A stretch of 64,000 nt of DNA from an uncultured Chloroflexia bacterium (GTDB lineage Bacteria > Chloroflexota > Dehalococcoidia > Dehalococcoidales > RBG-16-60-22): NCBI GenBank assembly GCA_963739395.1, contig CAVUAE010000002.1, positions 26,384 through 90,383 on the forward strand, given 5' to 3'. Positions 7,370 to 15,604 of the stretch are shown here, in pieces (positions within the stretch are counted from its first letter, which is position 1; each line of letters opens with the position of its first letter). A program made the translations under genes and the position numbers. The notes beneath the pieces were generated by a model. It was not told where the DNA came from, made no database searches, and saw only the letters and a list, made by a program, of their open reading frames with translations.

Positions 7370-9217
7370 TTACTTCTCTTTTTCTGGTGGAGGACCTGGC
7401 GGAGGACCGAAGGGGAATTTAGGCGGCGGCCAAAGCTCTTCTGCTATCTCCGGCATTCCCAGGTCGATTAATTTCTGTTTGTTGGGTTTAAGAGTATCTT
7501 TTTGCCAGTCCAAGAACCCTAGACACCAGTAAATCTGATGTTCGATATCAGCGGTCACGCCAGAAAGAGGACCCTCCTTTTGCGGAGGTTCGCCGATTAT
7601 CCTGGGATGCGGCTTCCAGTTCATTTCATTAACGCCTTCACGCAGATTAAAAAGATGTCTTAAAACGCCGATTCTTTCGCCTGCCTTGAGAATATCAGCC
7701 GTAGTATAGTTCAGTCCGGTGACCGCATTGAAAAAATCCGCTAGTTTTTGCGGTGGCGCACCAAAGCCATAACCAATCATACATAAACCAGTAGCATTGA
7801 CGATATGGGTGGAAAAGGCGCTGGGACCAAAGTTCTGCGTATGCCGACCTGGTGTAGCATCCATTTGATAGCGGGCGGCGGCGAATTCACCCATCATCGC
7901 TAATTTCGGGTCATGCATACCTACTTCCTGACCCCCAACATGAACGGCAAACTTTTCCGCGCCCTTGCCTATTTTTTGCGCCGCAACTTTCACGCCGTCG
8001 GCAAGTTTATCGCCGAGGCCTTCTCTTTTAGCCATCTTCTCGGTCATCGCAATCATAGCTTGGTGATTGCCCCATTTAAGCTCAATGCCGTCAGTATCCT
8101 GCTTGGTAATGACGCCGTTTTCGTAGCACTCCATAGCGAAGGATATAGCCGTACCAGCGGATATCGTATCCAGTCCGTAGCGATTGCAGATATCGTTTGC
8201 CATATTAATAGACTCGGTATTGTTATTAAGGCACATCGCCCCGAAGCTGCCCTGGGTTTCGTATTCCGGACGGCGGATACCAGCCTTGTATTTATATTCT
8301 TTGCCTTCCTTGAGTATAGCCTTACAAGCTATGGGACAATGCCAACAGCCACCGAGCTTAGCAACATAGCCTTCCAGCACTTCAGCCTTAAGTCCTTCTA
8401 CATCCGGCAGGTCTTTCACGCCGACGCCTCCCCAGTTCTTGACCGGGGTATCGCCGCTATGGGCAGAATTTGCCGTCATTGCCGAAGTACCGTATTTATG
8501 CAGGCTTACCCCGCTCATCGGACCGGGCTGCATCATGGATTGTACGTGTTCCTTCCTTAATCTTTCGGCAGTTGCTTTATTGGCTATATTGACCGGCATA
8601 CTTCCCCTCGCTACCACCGCCTTGAGTTTCTTAGAGCCCATCACTGCCCCTAAACCGGAGCGTCCGGCAGCAGAGCCATGGTCGGTCATAATCGCCGCGA
8701 TGCGAGATAGCTTTTCGCCGGCTGGGCCAATACAGGCAACACGACTTGTTTTACCATACTCGGCTTCCAGTGCATCTTCGGTTTCATAAGCGTCCTTACC
8801 CCAGAGACGGCTGGCGTCTTTCAACTCTGCCTTGCCTTCATCGATGAGGAGATAGACTGGCTTGGGCGATATACCGGTGAAAAATACGCCGTCAAAACCG
8901 GCGAATTTGAGGTAAGGACCAAAGTGCCCACCGGAGTTAGCGTCGCCCCAGCCGCCGGTAATCGGCGACTTCGCTACAGCCGTATAACGGGCGCCGGAAG
9001 GAATAGGCGTACCGGTGAAAGGCCCCGTCATCAGCCCCAATATATTATCGGGCCCTAAGGGGTCAACCTTAGGTTTCATGCGGTCGTAAAGCATCCTTAC
9101 CCCGATACCGTAACCCCCGATATACTCTTTACAGAGTTTCTCGTCCAGTTTTTCTTCGGTTATTTTCCCTTTGGTGAGGTCAACCCATAAAATTTTACCC
9201 ATGTAACCGCCGATCAT
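7370..9217 (-). CDS. aor: Aldehyde:ferredoxin oxidoreductase family (tungsten/molybdopterin AOR)
   Basis: 615 aa. The N-terminus GKILWVDLTKGKITEE..YIGGYGIG and the overall length are typical of AOR. AGGAGG lies 5 nt before the ATG. The tail is Pro-rich (PPPKFPFGPPPGPPPEKEK). Confidence 0.9.
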   Translation of the reverse strand: MIGGYMGKILWVDLTKGKITEEKLDEKLCKEYIGGYGIGVRMLYDRMKPKVDPLGPDNILGLMTGPFTGTPIPSGARYTAVAKSPITGGWGDANSGGHFGPYLKFAGFDGVFFTGISPKPVYLLIDEGKAELKDASRLWGKDAYETEDALEAEYGKTSRVACIGPAGEKLSRIAAIMTDHGSAAGRSGLGAVMGSKKLKAVVARGSMPVNIANKATAERLRKEHVQSMMQPGPMSGVSLHKYGTSAMTANSAHSGDTPVKNWGGVGVKDLPDVEGLKAEVLEGYVAKLGGCWHCPIACKAILKEGKEYKYKAGIRRPEYETQGSFGAMCLNNNTESINMANDICNRYGLDTISAGTAISFAMECYENGVITKQDTDGIELKWGNHQAMIAMTEKMAKREGLGDKLADGVKVAAQKIGKGAEKFAVHVGGQEVGMHDPKLAMMGEFAAARYQMDATPGRHTQNFGPSAFSTHIVNATGLCMIGYGFGAPPQKLADFFNAVTGLNYTTADILKAGERIGVLRHLFNLREGVNEMNWKPHPRIIGEPPQKEGPLSGVTADIEHQIYWCLGFLDWQKDTLKPNKQKLIDLGMPEIAEELWPPPKFPFGPPPGPPPEKEK

Positions 9218-9367
9218 AATTACCTCCTATTAATATGCAAAACTGTGTATCTTTTTAATTTTAAGCTTGCATCGTTGGCAGTGTCAATAAACAACATATT
9301 TACGAGTACGATGACTTGATGTATAATAGTGTAAATTAAGGATATTTCCTTCAAGGAGGTAAGCTGC

Positions 9368-10453
9368 ATGAAACTCACACCAGAAGAAAGAAGGAAAATA
9401 TACGAGGAAGAAAAAGCCAGATTTGAAGCCAGAGAAAAGCTGGAAGAAGAAAAACGCCGGACATCTCCAGAAAGTACTATCAGCCTTACACCTAATATCG
9501 CCGGTCTTTTATGCTACCTGGGTATATGGGTTACCGGCATTATCTTCTTCATTCTGGAGCAAAAAAACAGATGGGTACGCTTCCATGCCGCCCAGTCGAT
9601 TGTTGTCTTCGGTGGACTGGGTATCCTCAACGCTATACTAGGCTGGATACCTTTTCTTGGTTTGTTCTTTACCGCCATCATCTGGATTTTCGGGTTCATT
9701 CTTTGGCTAATCTTGATGTATAGAGCATATCATGGTGAGTATTATAAACTGCCGTTAGCTGGCGATATCGCCGAGATGATGGTGGCTAATATGCCCCCGA
9801 TTTCACCGCCACCCCCACCTCCACCTCCTCCACCACCTTGGGGACGCGAAAAAGCGACAGCACCGCCAACGCCACCGCCATCTCCCAAGCCGCCTAAGCC
9901 TCCAGCAGCCGCCGCGGGCGTTGTTGAAGAGAAAATCAGCCAAAAGGTAGCTAGACCTTATAGAGTAAGAACCGAACACAGGATGCCAGGTGCAATTGCT
10001 GGCATCGTCTGGAGTGTTATCTTAATCGTGGTTTTCAACTTCTTCCATGAGTACATTGCCTATTATACGTATCACACTGCAACGAAATCATGGTCATGGC
10101 AAACGTTTTTTACCAGTGATATTAATGCCTGGCTGCCGATATTGAACGCCGCACTAGCGATAAGTATTATCAGGTATATTGTCCTTATCTTCGTCGACCA
10201 TAAAATCATCCGTGATTCGATTCTTGTTATCTCCAGAGGATTCAGTCTGGCGGCAATCATCACCCTGTTGATAACATTCCCCTTTAACTTCGATGTGATA
10301 CCCAATGCCGACGCGGCCGGCTGGACGACCTTCGGAGTCAAAGTATTCTTAATCTTCCTTGTCGTATGCTTTAGCATCAGTTTTGTGGTGAGAGGTGTAA
10401 GGCTGCTGGTGGATGCTGTGCAGTCAGCCATACATCCTCATGAAAACGACTAA
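9368..10453 (+). CDS. Multi-pass membrane protein with a DUF4870-like N-terminal module, poly-Pro linker and second TM domain
   Basis: 361 aa. Has YLGIWVTGIIFFILEQKNRWVRFHAAQS (DUF4870-like by recall), a run PPISPPPPPPPPPPPW...PPTPPPSPKPPKPP, and at least 4 further hydrophobic helices. Confidence 0.7.
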   Translation: MKLTPEERRKIYEEEKARFEAREKLEEEKRRTSPESTISLTPNIAGLLCYLGIWVTGIIFFILEQKNRWVRFHAAQSIVVFGGLGILNAILGWIPFLGLFFTAIIWIFGFILWLILMYRAYHGEYYKLPLAGDIAEMMVANMPPISPPPPPPPPPPPWGREKATAPPTPPPSPKPPKPPAAAAGVVEEKISQKVARPYRVRTEHRMPGAIAGIVWSVILIVVFNFFHEYIAYYTYHTATKSWSWQTFFTSDINAWLPILNAALAISIIRYIVLIFVDHKIIRDSILVISRGFSLAAIITLLITFPFNFDVIPNADAAGWTTFGVKVFLIFLVVCFSISFVVRGVRLLVDAVQSAIHPHEND

Positions 10454-10518
10454 TATTGAGGTGCTTTTGGCTGGAATAGTATAATTTGTATAGTAAATCC
10501 GATTCAGGAGGCAACGCT

Positions 10519-11949
10519 ATGACCAAAGATGGAAATTTTATACGGGAAAAAGCCCGCGATACGAAAGTTATCCGCCAGTGCGACGTCGTCGTTGTGGGCG
10601 GCGGTCCGGGGGGTATAGGGGCGGCAGTTTCCGCCGCCAAGAATGGCGCCGATACCGTTCTTATCGAAAGATACGGCTATCTCGGCGGCATGGGTACTGG
10701 TGGACTGGTGACAATTATCCCCCAGCTTACCGATTATACAGGCAAACAGCAAATCGCCGGGATTACACAGGAATGGATTGACCGCTTGATTGCCCGCAAC
10801 GCCGTGGACATGCCGAAGAAAGAACACTGGGGCACACTGGACCCGGAACTCAATAGATATTATTTCGAGCGCAGCTTTTTCTATAGGCGTCTTGACCGGG
10901 TGGTTTATGCCGCTATCATCGACGCCGAAATCTCGAAAATTATTCTTAATGAGATGGTAGAAGAAGCCGGTATTAAAACTTACTGCCACGCCTGGGGCAC
11001 CGAGCCCATCATGGAAGGCAATCACTGTAAAGGCGTCATCATCGAAAGCAAGTCCGGACGCCAGGCTATCCTTGGCAAAGTCGTGATTGATTCTACCGGC
11101 GACGGCGACCTGTTCCCGTACGCCAATATCGATTGCGAAACCGACATTCCAGCGAACTTCCGTATCGCTAACCTCGCCGTCTGCTTCTGGATTGCCGGTG
11201 TCGACTATAAAAAGATAACCGAATTCCGCCAGAATAACATGAAGGGATTCATGGATTTAATGCGTCAAGCCCATGAATACGGTGGTCAGGGCGGTTTTAT
11301 GACCAGCAACCTGCCCGACCAGGAATCGGTGGTCTGGTTCCACAGCCGTTACCCCAACAAGAGCCAGATTGACGTTGAAGAACTGACCCGCGTTGAATTT
11401 CTGGGACATAAAATCGCCGGTAAAACCATTGAATTCTACCGTAAGAACGTACCGGGATTTGAAAAAGCCTTCCTCGTGCTTACCGACCCACAGCTTGGCA
11501 CTCGTTCCAGTCGCCGCATGGTCGGCGAATACTGGCTGACCGAAAAAGACCTTGCTAACAACCAGCCATTCGAAGACACTATCGCCATCTTCCCGGACCT
11601 CGACCGCGGGCAGGATTCTTTAGACCATCCCAATATGTATATCCCCTATCGCGCTTTATTGCCGAAGAACGTGGATAATTTCCTCGTTGCCTGCCGCGCT
11701 TTTTCCTCGGATAAGCACGTCCAGGACTACTTCAACCTAATTCCGCACTGCATCGCTTTCGGCGAAGCCGCCGGCACAGCCTCAGCACTGGCGCTCAAAG
11801 CCGGCGTAGGCGTAAAGAAGGTTGACATCAAGGCATTACAGAAACAGCTTGTCAAACAAGGAGTACCGCTGCCGGATGTTACTAAAAAGGTTGATTATAA
11901 ATATACCGGCCCCGCCTTAGTCGGTCCTTCTTTCACACCGCCGCACTAA
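10519..11949 (+). CDS. FAD-dependent oxidoreductase (FAD_oxidored/GIDA-like family), paralog 1
   Basis: Dinucleotide fold VVVVGGGPGGIGAAVSAA, and IDSTGDGD. Start moved to the ATG at 10519, preceded by AGGAGG; the ORF track begins at 10486. Confidence 0.8.
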   Translation: MTKDGNFIREKARDTKVIRQCDVVVVGGGPGGIGAAVSAAKNGADTVLIERYGYLGGMGTGGLVTIIPQLTDYTGKQQIAGITQEWIDRLIARNAVDMPKKEHWGTLDPELNRYYFERSFFYRRLDRVVYAAIIDAEISKIILNEMVEEAGIKTYCHAWGTEPIMEGNHCKGVIIESKSGRQAILGKVVIDSTGDGDLFPYANIDCETDIPANFRIANLAVCFWIAGVDYKKITEFRQNNMKGFMDLMRQAHEYGGQGGFMTSNLPDQESVVWFHSRYPNKSQIDVEELTRVEFLGHKIAGKTIEFYRKNVPGFEKAFLVLTDPQLGTRSSRRMVGEYWLTEKDLANNQPFEDTIAIFPDLDRGQDSLDHPNMYIPYRALLPKNVDNFLVACRAFSSDKHVQDYFNLIPHCIAFGEAAGTASALALKAGVGVKKVDIKALQKQLVKQGVPLPDVTKKVDYKYTGPALVGPSFTPPH

Positions 11950-11957
11950 AACTAAAA

Positions 11958-12080
11958 CGTCATTCTGAGGGAGTCCTTCTATAAAAGGACGAACGTGAGA
12001 ATCTCATGGAGGGGTTATAAATTGATGTGCCAAACCTCCCCGAGATCCTTCCCCTTCACTACGTTCAGGGTCAGGATGAC
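11958..12080. repeat. Inverted pair of GTCAT-type hairpin units (MITE/REP-like)
   Basis: Left unit GTCATTCTGAGG...GAGAATCTCATGGAGGGG. The reverse complement of the right unit reads GTCATCCTGACC...GAAGGATCTCGGGGAGG. A 20-bp spacer separates them. Confidence 0.7.
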
Positions 12081-12103
12081 AGCCTAAGTTGGATAACCAA
12101 AAA

Positions 12104-12133
12104 GGGGGTAGCTAAAACTACCCCCTTTTGTTT
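12104..12133 (+). terminator. Rho-independent terminator after FAD oxidoreductase paralog 1
   Basis: GGGGGTAG (12104-12111), 6-nt loop, CTACCCCC (12118-12125), then TTTTGTTT. Confidence 0.55.
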
Positions 12134-12165
12134 GGAGTTGGTTATACGAAAAATTACTAAAGTTT

Positions 12166-12243
12166 GTCATTCTGAGCATAGCGAAGAATCCGTTGTCGTA
12201 TTAGTTAATGCGGATTCTTCGTCACTTCGTTCCTCAGAATGAC
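12166..12243. repeat. 78-bp imperfect palindrome of two GTCATTCTGAG units
   Basis: GTCATTCTGAGCATAGCGAAGAATCCG (12166-12192) faces CGGATTCTTCGTCACTTCGTTCCTCAGAATGAC (12211-12243). It creates the spurious ORF start at 12239. Confidence 0.8.
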
Positions 12244-12271
12244 TTTAAATATTGTGTTGTTGGAGGTCAAT

Positions 12272-13729
12272 ATGCCTGCAATAAAAACCGTTAGAGAGCC
12301 TGCCCGTGATATCAAGGTATGGCGGGAAGCTGATGTAGTGGTGGTGGGAGGGGGACCGGGTGGCGTTGCCTCGGCGATTAGCGCCGCCCGAAACGGTGCC
12401 AAGACGGTACTGATTGAAAGATACGGACACCTCGGTGGCATGGCGACGGGGGGTTTGGTAAATATTATCCCCAACTTAAGTGACATCAGCGGCAAGCAGC
12501 ACATTTACGGCCTGACCATGGAGCTTATCAACCGACTGGATAAACGAGGAGGCACTTCTTATACCCCGAAGAAAGACCGTGGCTCCGCCGCAAAAAAGGC
12601 GGTGGATTATTACCTTGACGCCAACTTGGGGTGGTTTTATGTGCGTAAAGACCACAACACCGGCGTCCAAAGGGTGCTTTATTCCGCCGTGGTCGATCCC
12701 GAAATACTTAAGGACGAACTGAACGATATGGTATTGGGGTCGGGGGCAGAGTTATTATTACATTCCTGGGGCACGCAGGTTATTATGGAAAACAACACCG
12801 TCAAGGGGGTCTTCTTCGAGAGCAAAAGCGGCAGGCAAGCTATCCTGGGCAAGGTCATCATCGACGCCACGGGCGACGGTGATATGTTCGTGGCGGCCGG
12901 CGCCGAATTCGATAACGAATGTGATAATAAGCGTCGTACCGCCTGGCTGGCATTCGTCTGGTGGATGACTAATGTCAACTTAAAGAAATACGATAAATTC
13001 AAGGCGTCACAACCGGAAAAATATAAGGAATTGATGCAGGCATTAGGCAAGCTGGGCGGCTATCCCTTTTTCTTTAAAGGCATATTAAAAAACCAGCCGA
13101 ACACCGTCTGGTACCACAGCATGCAGCCGCAGCCCCAGCGTACCGACGCTATGGATGTCGAACAACTAACGAAAATTGATATTCAAGCCAGAAAGCGAGC
13201 CATTATCACGCACGACTTCATGAAAAAATACGTGCCGGGCTTCGAAAAGTGCTTTATTATGCTGACCGCCCCGCAACTGGGCACTCAAGGCGGTCGGAGA
13301 ATCATCGGGGAATACACGTTAACCGAAAAAGACCTGGAGACGGACGAGGTCTTCGAGGACACGATTGCAGTCCTTGCCAATAACGACTACGATGAGATTT
13401 CAGCCAGGCACCCAACCCTTTGTATTCCCTACCGCTGCCTTGTGCCCAAGCGTGTGGATGGGCTACTGGTAGCGGGGCGGGCATTCTCTTCGGCGGATAC
13501 GATAAATGAGACCTTCAACATCATCCCCCACTGTATCGCTTACGGTCAGGCGGCAGGCACGGCGGCGGCTTTAGCTATTAAAGCCGGTGTACAGCCGCGT
13601 AAAGTGGATTATAAAGCGTTACGGGCCAATCTGGTTATGCAGGGTGTGAATTTGCCAAAAATCGAGAGGGTAGTGGCCTCTAAGACCACCAGTAAAGTCA
13701 AAACAGATTATTACCAGAAATATCACTAA
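12272..13729 (+). CDS. FAD-dependent oxidoreductase, paralog 2
   Basis: VVVVGGGPGGVASAISAA and IDATGDGD, collinear with paralog 1 throughout. Start moved to the ATG at 12272, preceded by GGAGG. Confidence 0.8.
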   Translation: MPAIKTVREPARDIKVWREADVVVVGGGPGGVASAISAARNGAKTVLIERYGHLGGMATGGLVNIIPNLSDISGKQHIYGLTMELINRLDKRGGTSYTPKKDRGSAAKKAVDYYLDANLGWFYVRKDHNTGVQRVLYSAVVDPEILKDELNDMVLGSGAELLLHSWGTQVIMENNTVKGVFFESKSGRQAILGKVIIDATGDGDMFVAAGAEFDNECDNKRRTAWLAFVWWMTNVNLKKYDKFKASQPEKYKELMQALGKLGGYPFFFKGILKNQPNTVWYHSMQPQPQRTDAMDVEQLTKIDIQARKRAIITHDFMKKYVPGFEKCFIMLTAPQLGTQGGRRIIGEYTLTEKDLETDEVFEDTIAVLANNDYDEISARHPTLCIPYRCLVPKRVDGLLVAGRAFSSADTINETFNIIPHCIAYGQAAGTAAALAIKAGVQPRKVDYKALRANLVMQGVNLPKIERVVASKTTSKVKTDYYQKYH

Positions 13730-13737
13730 AGTGGAGA

Positions 13738-14838
13738 TTATACTGCCTCTTTAAGCATCTTGTGGAATTTAGCCATCCAGAATGTGGATTCTACTTCCAG
13801 GTTTCTTCTCCGCGTTTCTTCTAGTCCCATGTGAACTCCAAGAACCCAGTACCCGTTTGTTTTTTCCTCGAGATAATCAGCAGGAAATATATACGTTCCT
13901 TTTTCCGTTCGGTAGCTTTCTAAGTGCTTCATGCTTTCCTTAAACCATGGATGTTGTCTGCCGGCATTAAAGTTAACAAATAAACTAATCATGTGAACTA
14001 CCGATTTATTCATATATTTTTTAACGGGAATTCCAGGATACCGGGGCACGTGTACACTCCAGCCCAAACTCCAGGTGCGACCAGTACCATCGCCCATTAC
14101 CCCATATCCCCACGGAAGTTTTTGATAATTTTCATTCAATATATACTGTATTATATTGTCCGCTTTAGTCTGTTCTTCTTTCGTACCGTATTCCGGTAGG
14201 TACGCCGCCCAGCCGACGATGTCATAAATGAGCGGCAAGTAACAGGCTCCGCCCGGGGTTAATTCCAGTTTTATTAAAGGCAGTTTGCGCAGGTATTTGT
14301 TGGGGATGTATATATCATAATCGCCTTTCCTGGTGAAATCATAGACCATGTTAAGGTGCTTTTTTAGTGTATTTCCAACAGCCGGTTCATCAACATAGCC
14401 GGCACGGGCGAGGAAATCTGCTAGCATTACCAGGCTGAATTTCATAAAAACATTAACAATAGGCTTTTCTGCATTTTCCGTCAGCCACTTTCTATACGGC
14501 TGCGTCCGCCGGTCCAGTTCGGATATACCTTTTTTCAAGCCGAAATCGGCCAGTTTCGTTAAAGAATTTTCCAGTCGTGTTGGTTGACTACCGTGGAGGT
14601 CCATTATCCCGGATTGCAGTACCCAGGGCGTTATATCAGTAGGTTCTTTGAGTAAAAAGACTGGAGGAACTAAATGTTCCAGCCATTTCTGCACTTGCCG
14701 GCTTTGCAGCATTTCTTCTTGTAAACGCTTGATGTCATACTTTTTGTCAAGCGTCATTAACTCGTTGGCCGTACGATAGCGGATGACCGGTCCGCCATTG
14801 TCCATTAACCATGTGAAGAGTTCTTTTTCATTCATCAT
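13738..14838 (-). CDS. Hypothetical soluble protein
   Basis: 366-aa ORF with GGAGG upstream. I recognise no motif and see no TM segment. Confidence 0.65.
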   Translation of the reverse strand: MMNEKELFTWLMDNGGPVIRYRTANELMTLDKKYDIKRLQEEMLQSRQVQKWLEHLVPPVFLLKEPTDITPWVLQSGIMDLHGSQPTRLENSLTKLADFGLKKGISELDRRTQPYRKWLTENAEKPIVNVFMKFSLVMLADFLARAGYVDEPAVGNTLKKHLNMVYDFTRKGDYDIYIPNKYLRKLPLIKLELTPGGACYLPLIYDIVGWAAYLPEYGTKEEQTKADNIIQYILNENYQKLPWGYGVMGDGTGRTWSLGWSVHVPRYPGIPVKKYMNKSVVHMISLFVNFNAGRQHPWFKESMKHLESYRTEKGTYIFPADYLEEKTNGYWVLGVHMGLEETRRRNLEVESTFWMAKFHKMLKEAV

Positions 14839-14920
14839 TACGTAACCTCCACCTTAATTGGCTAGATTATACCACAGAGTTTACTAACGATTTTTAACAA
14901 AAATTGCTCTAAATGAGTTT

Positions 14921-14954
14921 TAAAACAAAAACCCGGCTGGAAATACCCGCCGGG
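14921..14954 (-). terminator. Rho-independent terminator after iorB
   Basis: On the minus strand: CCCGGC, 11-nt loop, GCCGGG, then TTTTTGTTTT. Confidence 0.55.
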
Positions 14955-14979
14955 CTTACATTTGGCTGAATTTGGCTTT

Positions 14980-15603
14980 TTAAGTTGTAACGGTTTTAAG
15001 CGCTTTCTTTACATAGTCATAACCAAGGTCGAAGGCTTTGATGTTAATTTCCCCCACTTTGGCTTTAAAACGTGCCAAAATAGCTTCTTTAGCTGTTTCG
15101 TCTTTAACGGGCATCAGTCCCGTGCCGAATAAAGCCCCCAACATGACTACGTTAGCCGCCTGTAAGCTCCCCGCCTGTTTCGCCAGTCCGCTGGCATCTA
15201 GTGTAATGATACGGTCAGTTACTTTACGCAGCTTTTTGACGATTTCACCCTGCGTAGGATAGCCACTCTGGCCCAGATAAACAGTATAAGGCATAACGGT
15301 AGTGGTATTGAGAACGACCACGCTGTTTTTAGCGAGGTACTGGATATTCCTTAAGGCTTCCGATGGCTCGACGGCGATAAGGACATCACATTTGCCTTCC
15401 GGGGTCATCGGGGCAATTACATCGCCGCCCAATCTCAAGTTACTGAAAACCGAGCCACCCCGCTGCGCCATACCTAAAACCTCCGAGCCTTTGACCGGCA
15501 CGCCACCCCTGACCGCCGCATTACCAAGCAACTCGGATACTAAAACCACACCCTGTCCTCCCACCCCACATATTATGATGTTAATCTCGCTTTTCTTCGT
15601 CAT
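14980..15603 (-). CDS. iorB: Indolepyruvate:ferredoxin oxidoreductase beta subunit (2-oxoacid:Fd OR gamma-type domain)
   Basis: 207 aa. INIIICGVGGQGVVLVSELLG is typical. It lies immediately downstream of iorA, with a 1-nt gap. Confidence 0.85.
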   Translation of the reverse strand: MTKKSEINIIICGVGGQGVVLVSELLGNAAVRGGVPVKGSEVLGMAQRGGSVFSNLRLGGDVIAPMTPEGKCDVLIAVEPSEALRNIQYLAKNSVVVLNTTTVMPYTVYLGQSGYPTQGEIVKKLRKVTDRIITLDASGLAKQAGSLQAANVVMLGALFGTGLMPVKDETAKEAILARFKAKVGEINIKAFDLGYDYVKKALKTVTT

Positions 15604-15604
15604 G

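Noticed and set aside
7913-8560. 215-aa plus-strand ORF, plus similar long antisense ORFs (10504..11025, 27084..27782, 53735..54325, 54551..55033, 20190..20516 and others)
   Set aside because: All lie antisense within well-supported genes (AOR, FAD oxidoreductase, dnaE, rubrerythrin/nitroreductase, ADH). They have low-complexity, Ser/Arg/Pro-rich translations typical of shadow ORFs.
9800-9905. Poly-CCN tract as a DNA-level tandem repeat or contingency locus
   Set aside because: The codons are mixed (CCA/CCT/CCG/CCC) rather than a pure short tandem repeat. It is a coding poly-Pro linker, so it is reported only as a protein feature.
12027-12242. 71-aa ORF between the two FAD oxidoreductase genes
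   Set aside because: It is composed almost entirely of translated GTCAT hairpin repeats and a terminator stem. It has no RBS.
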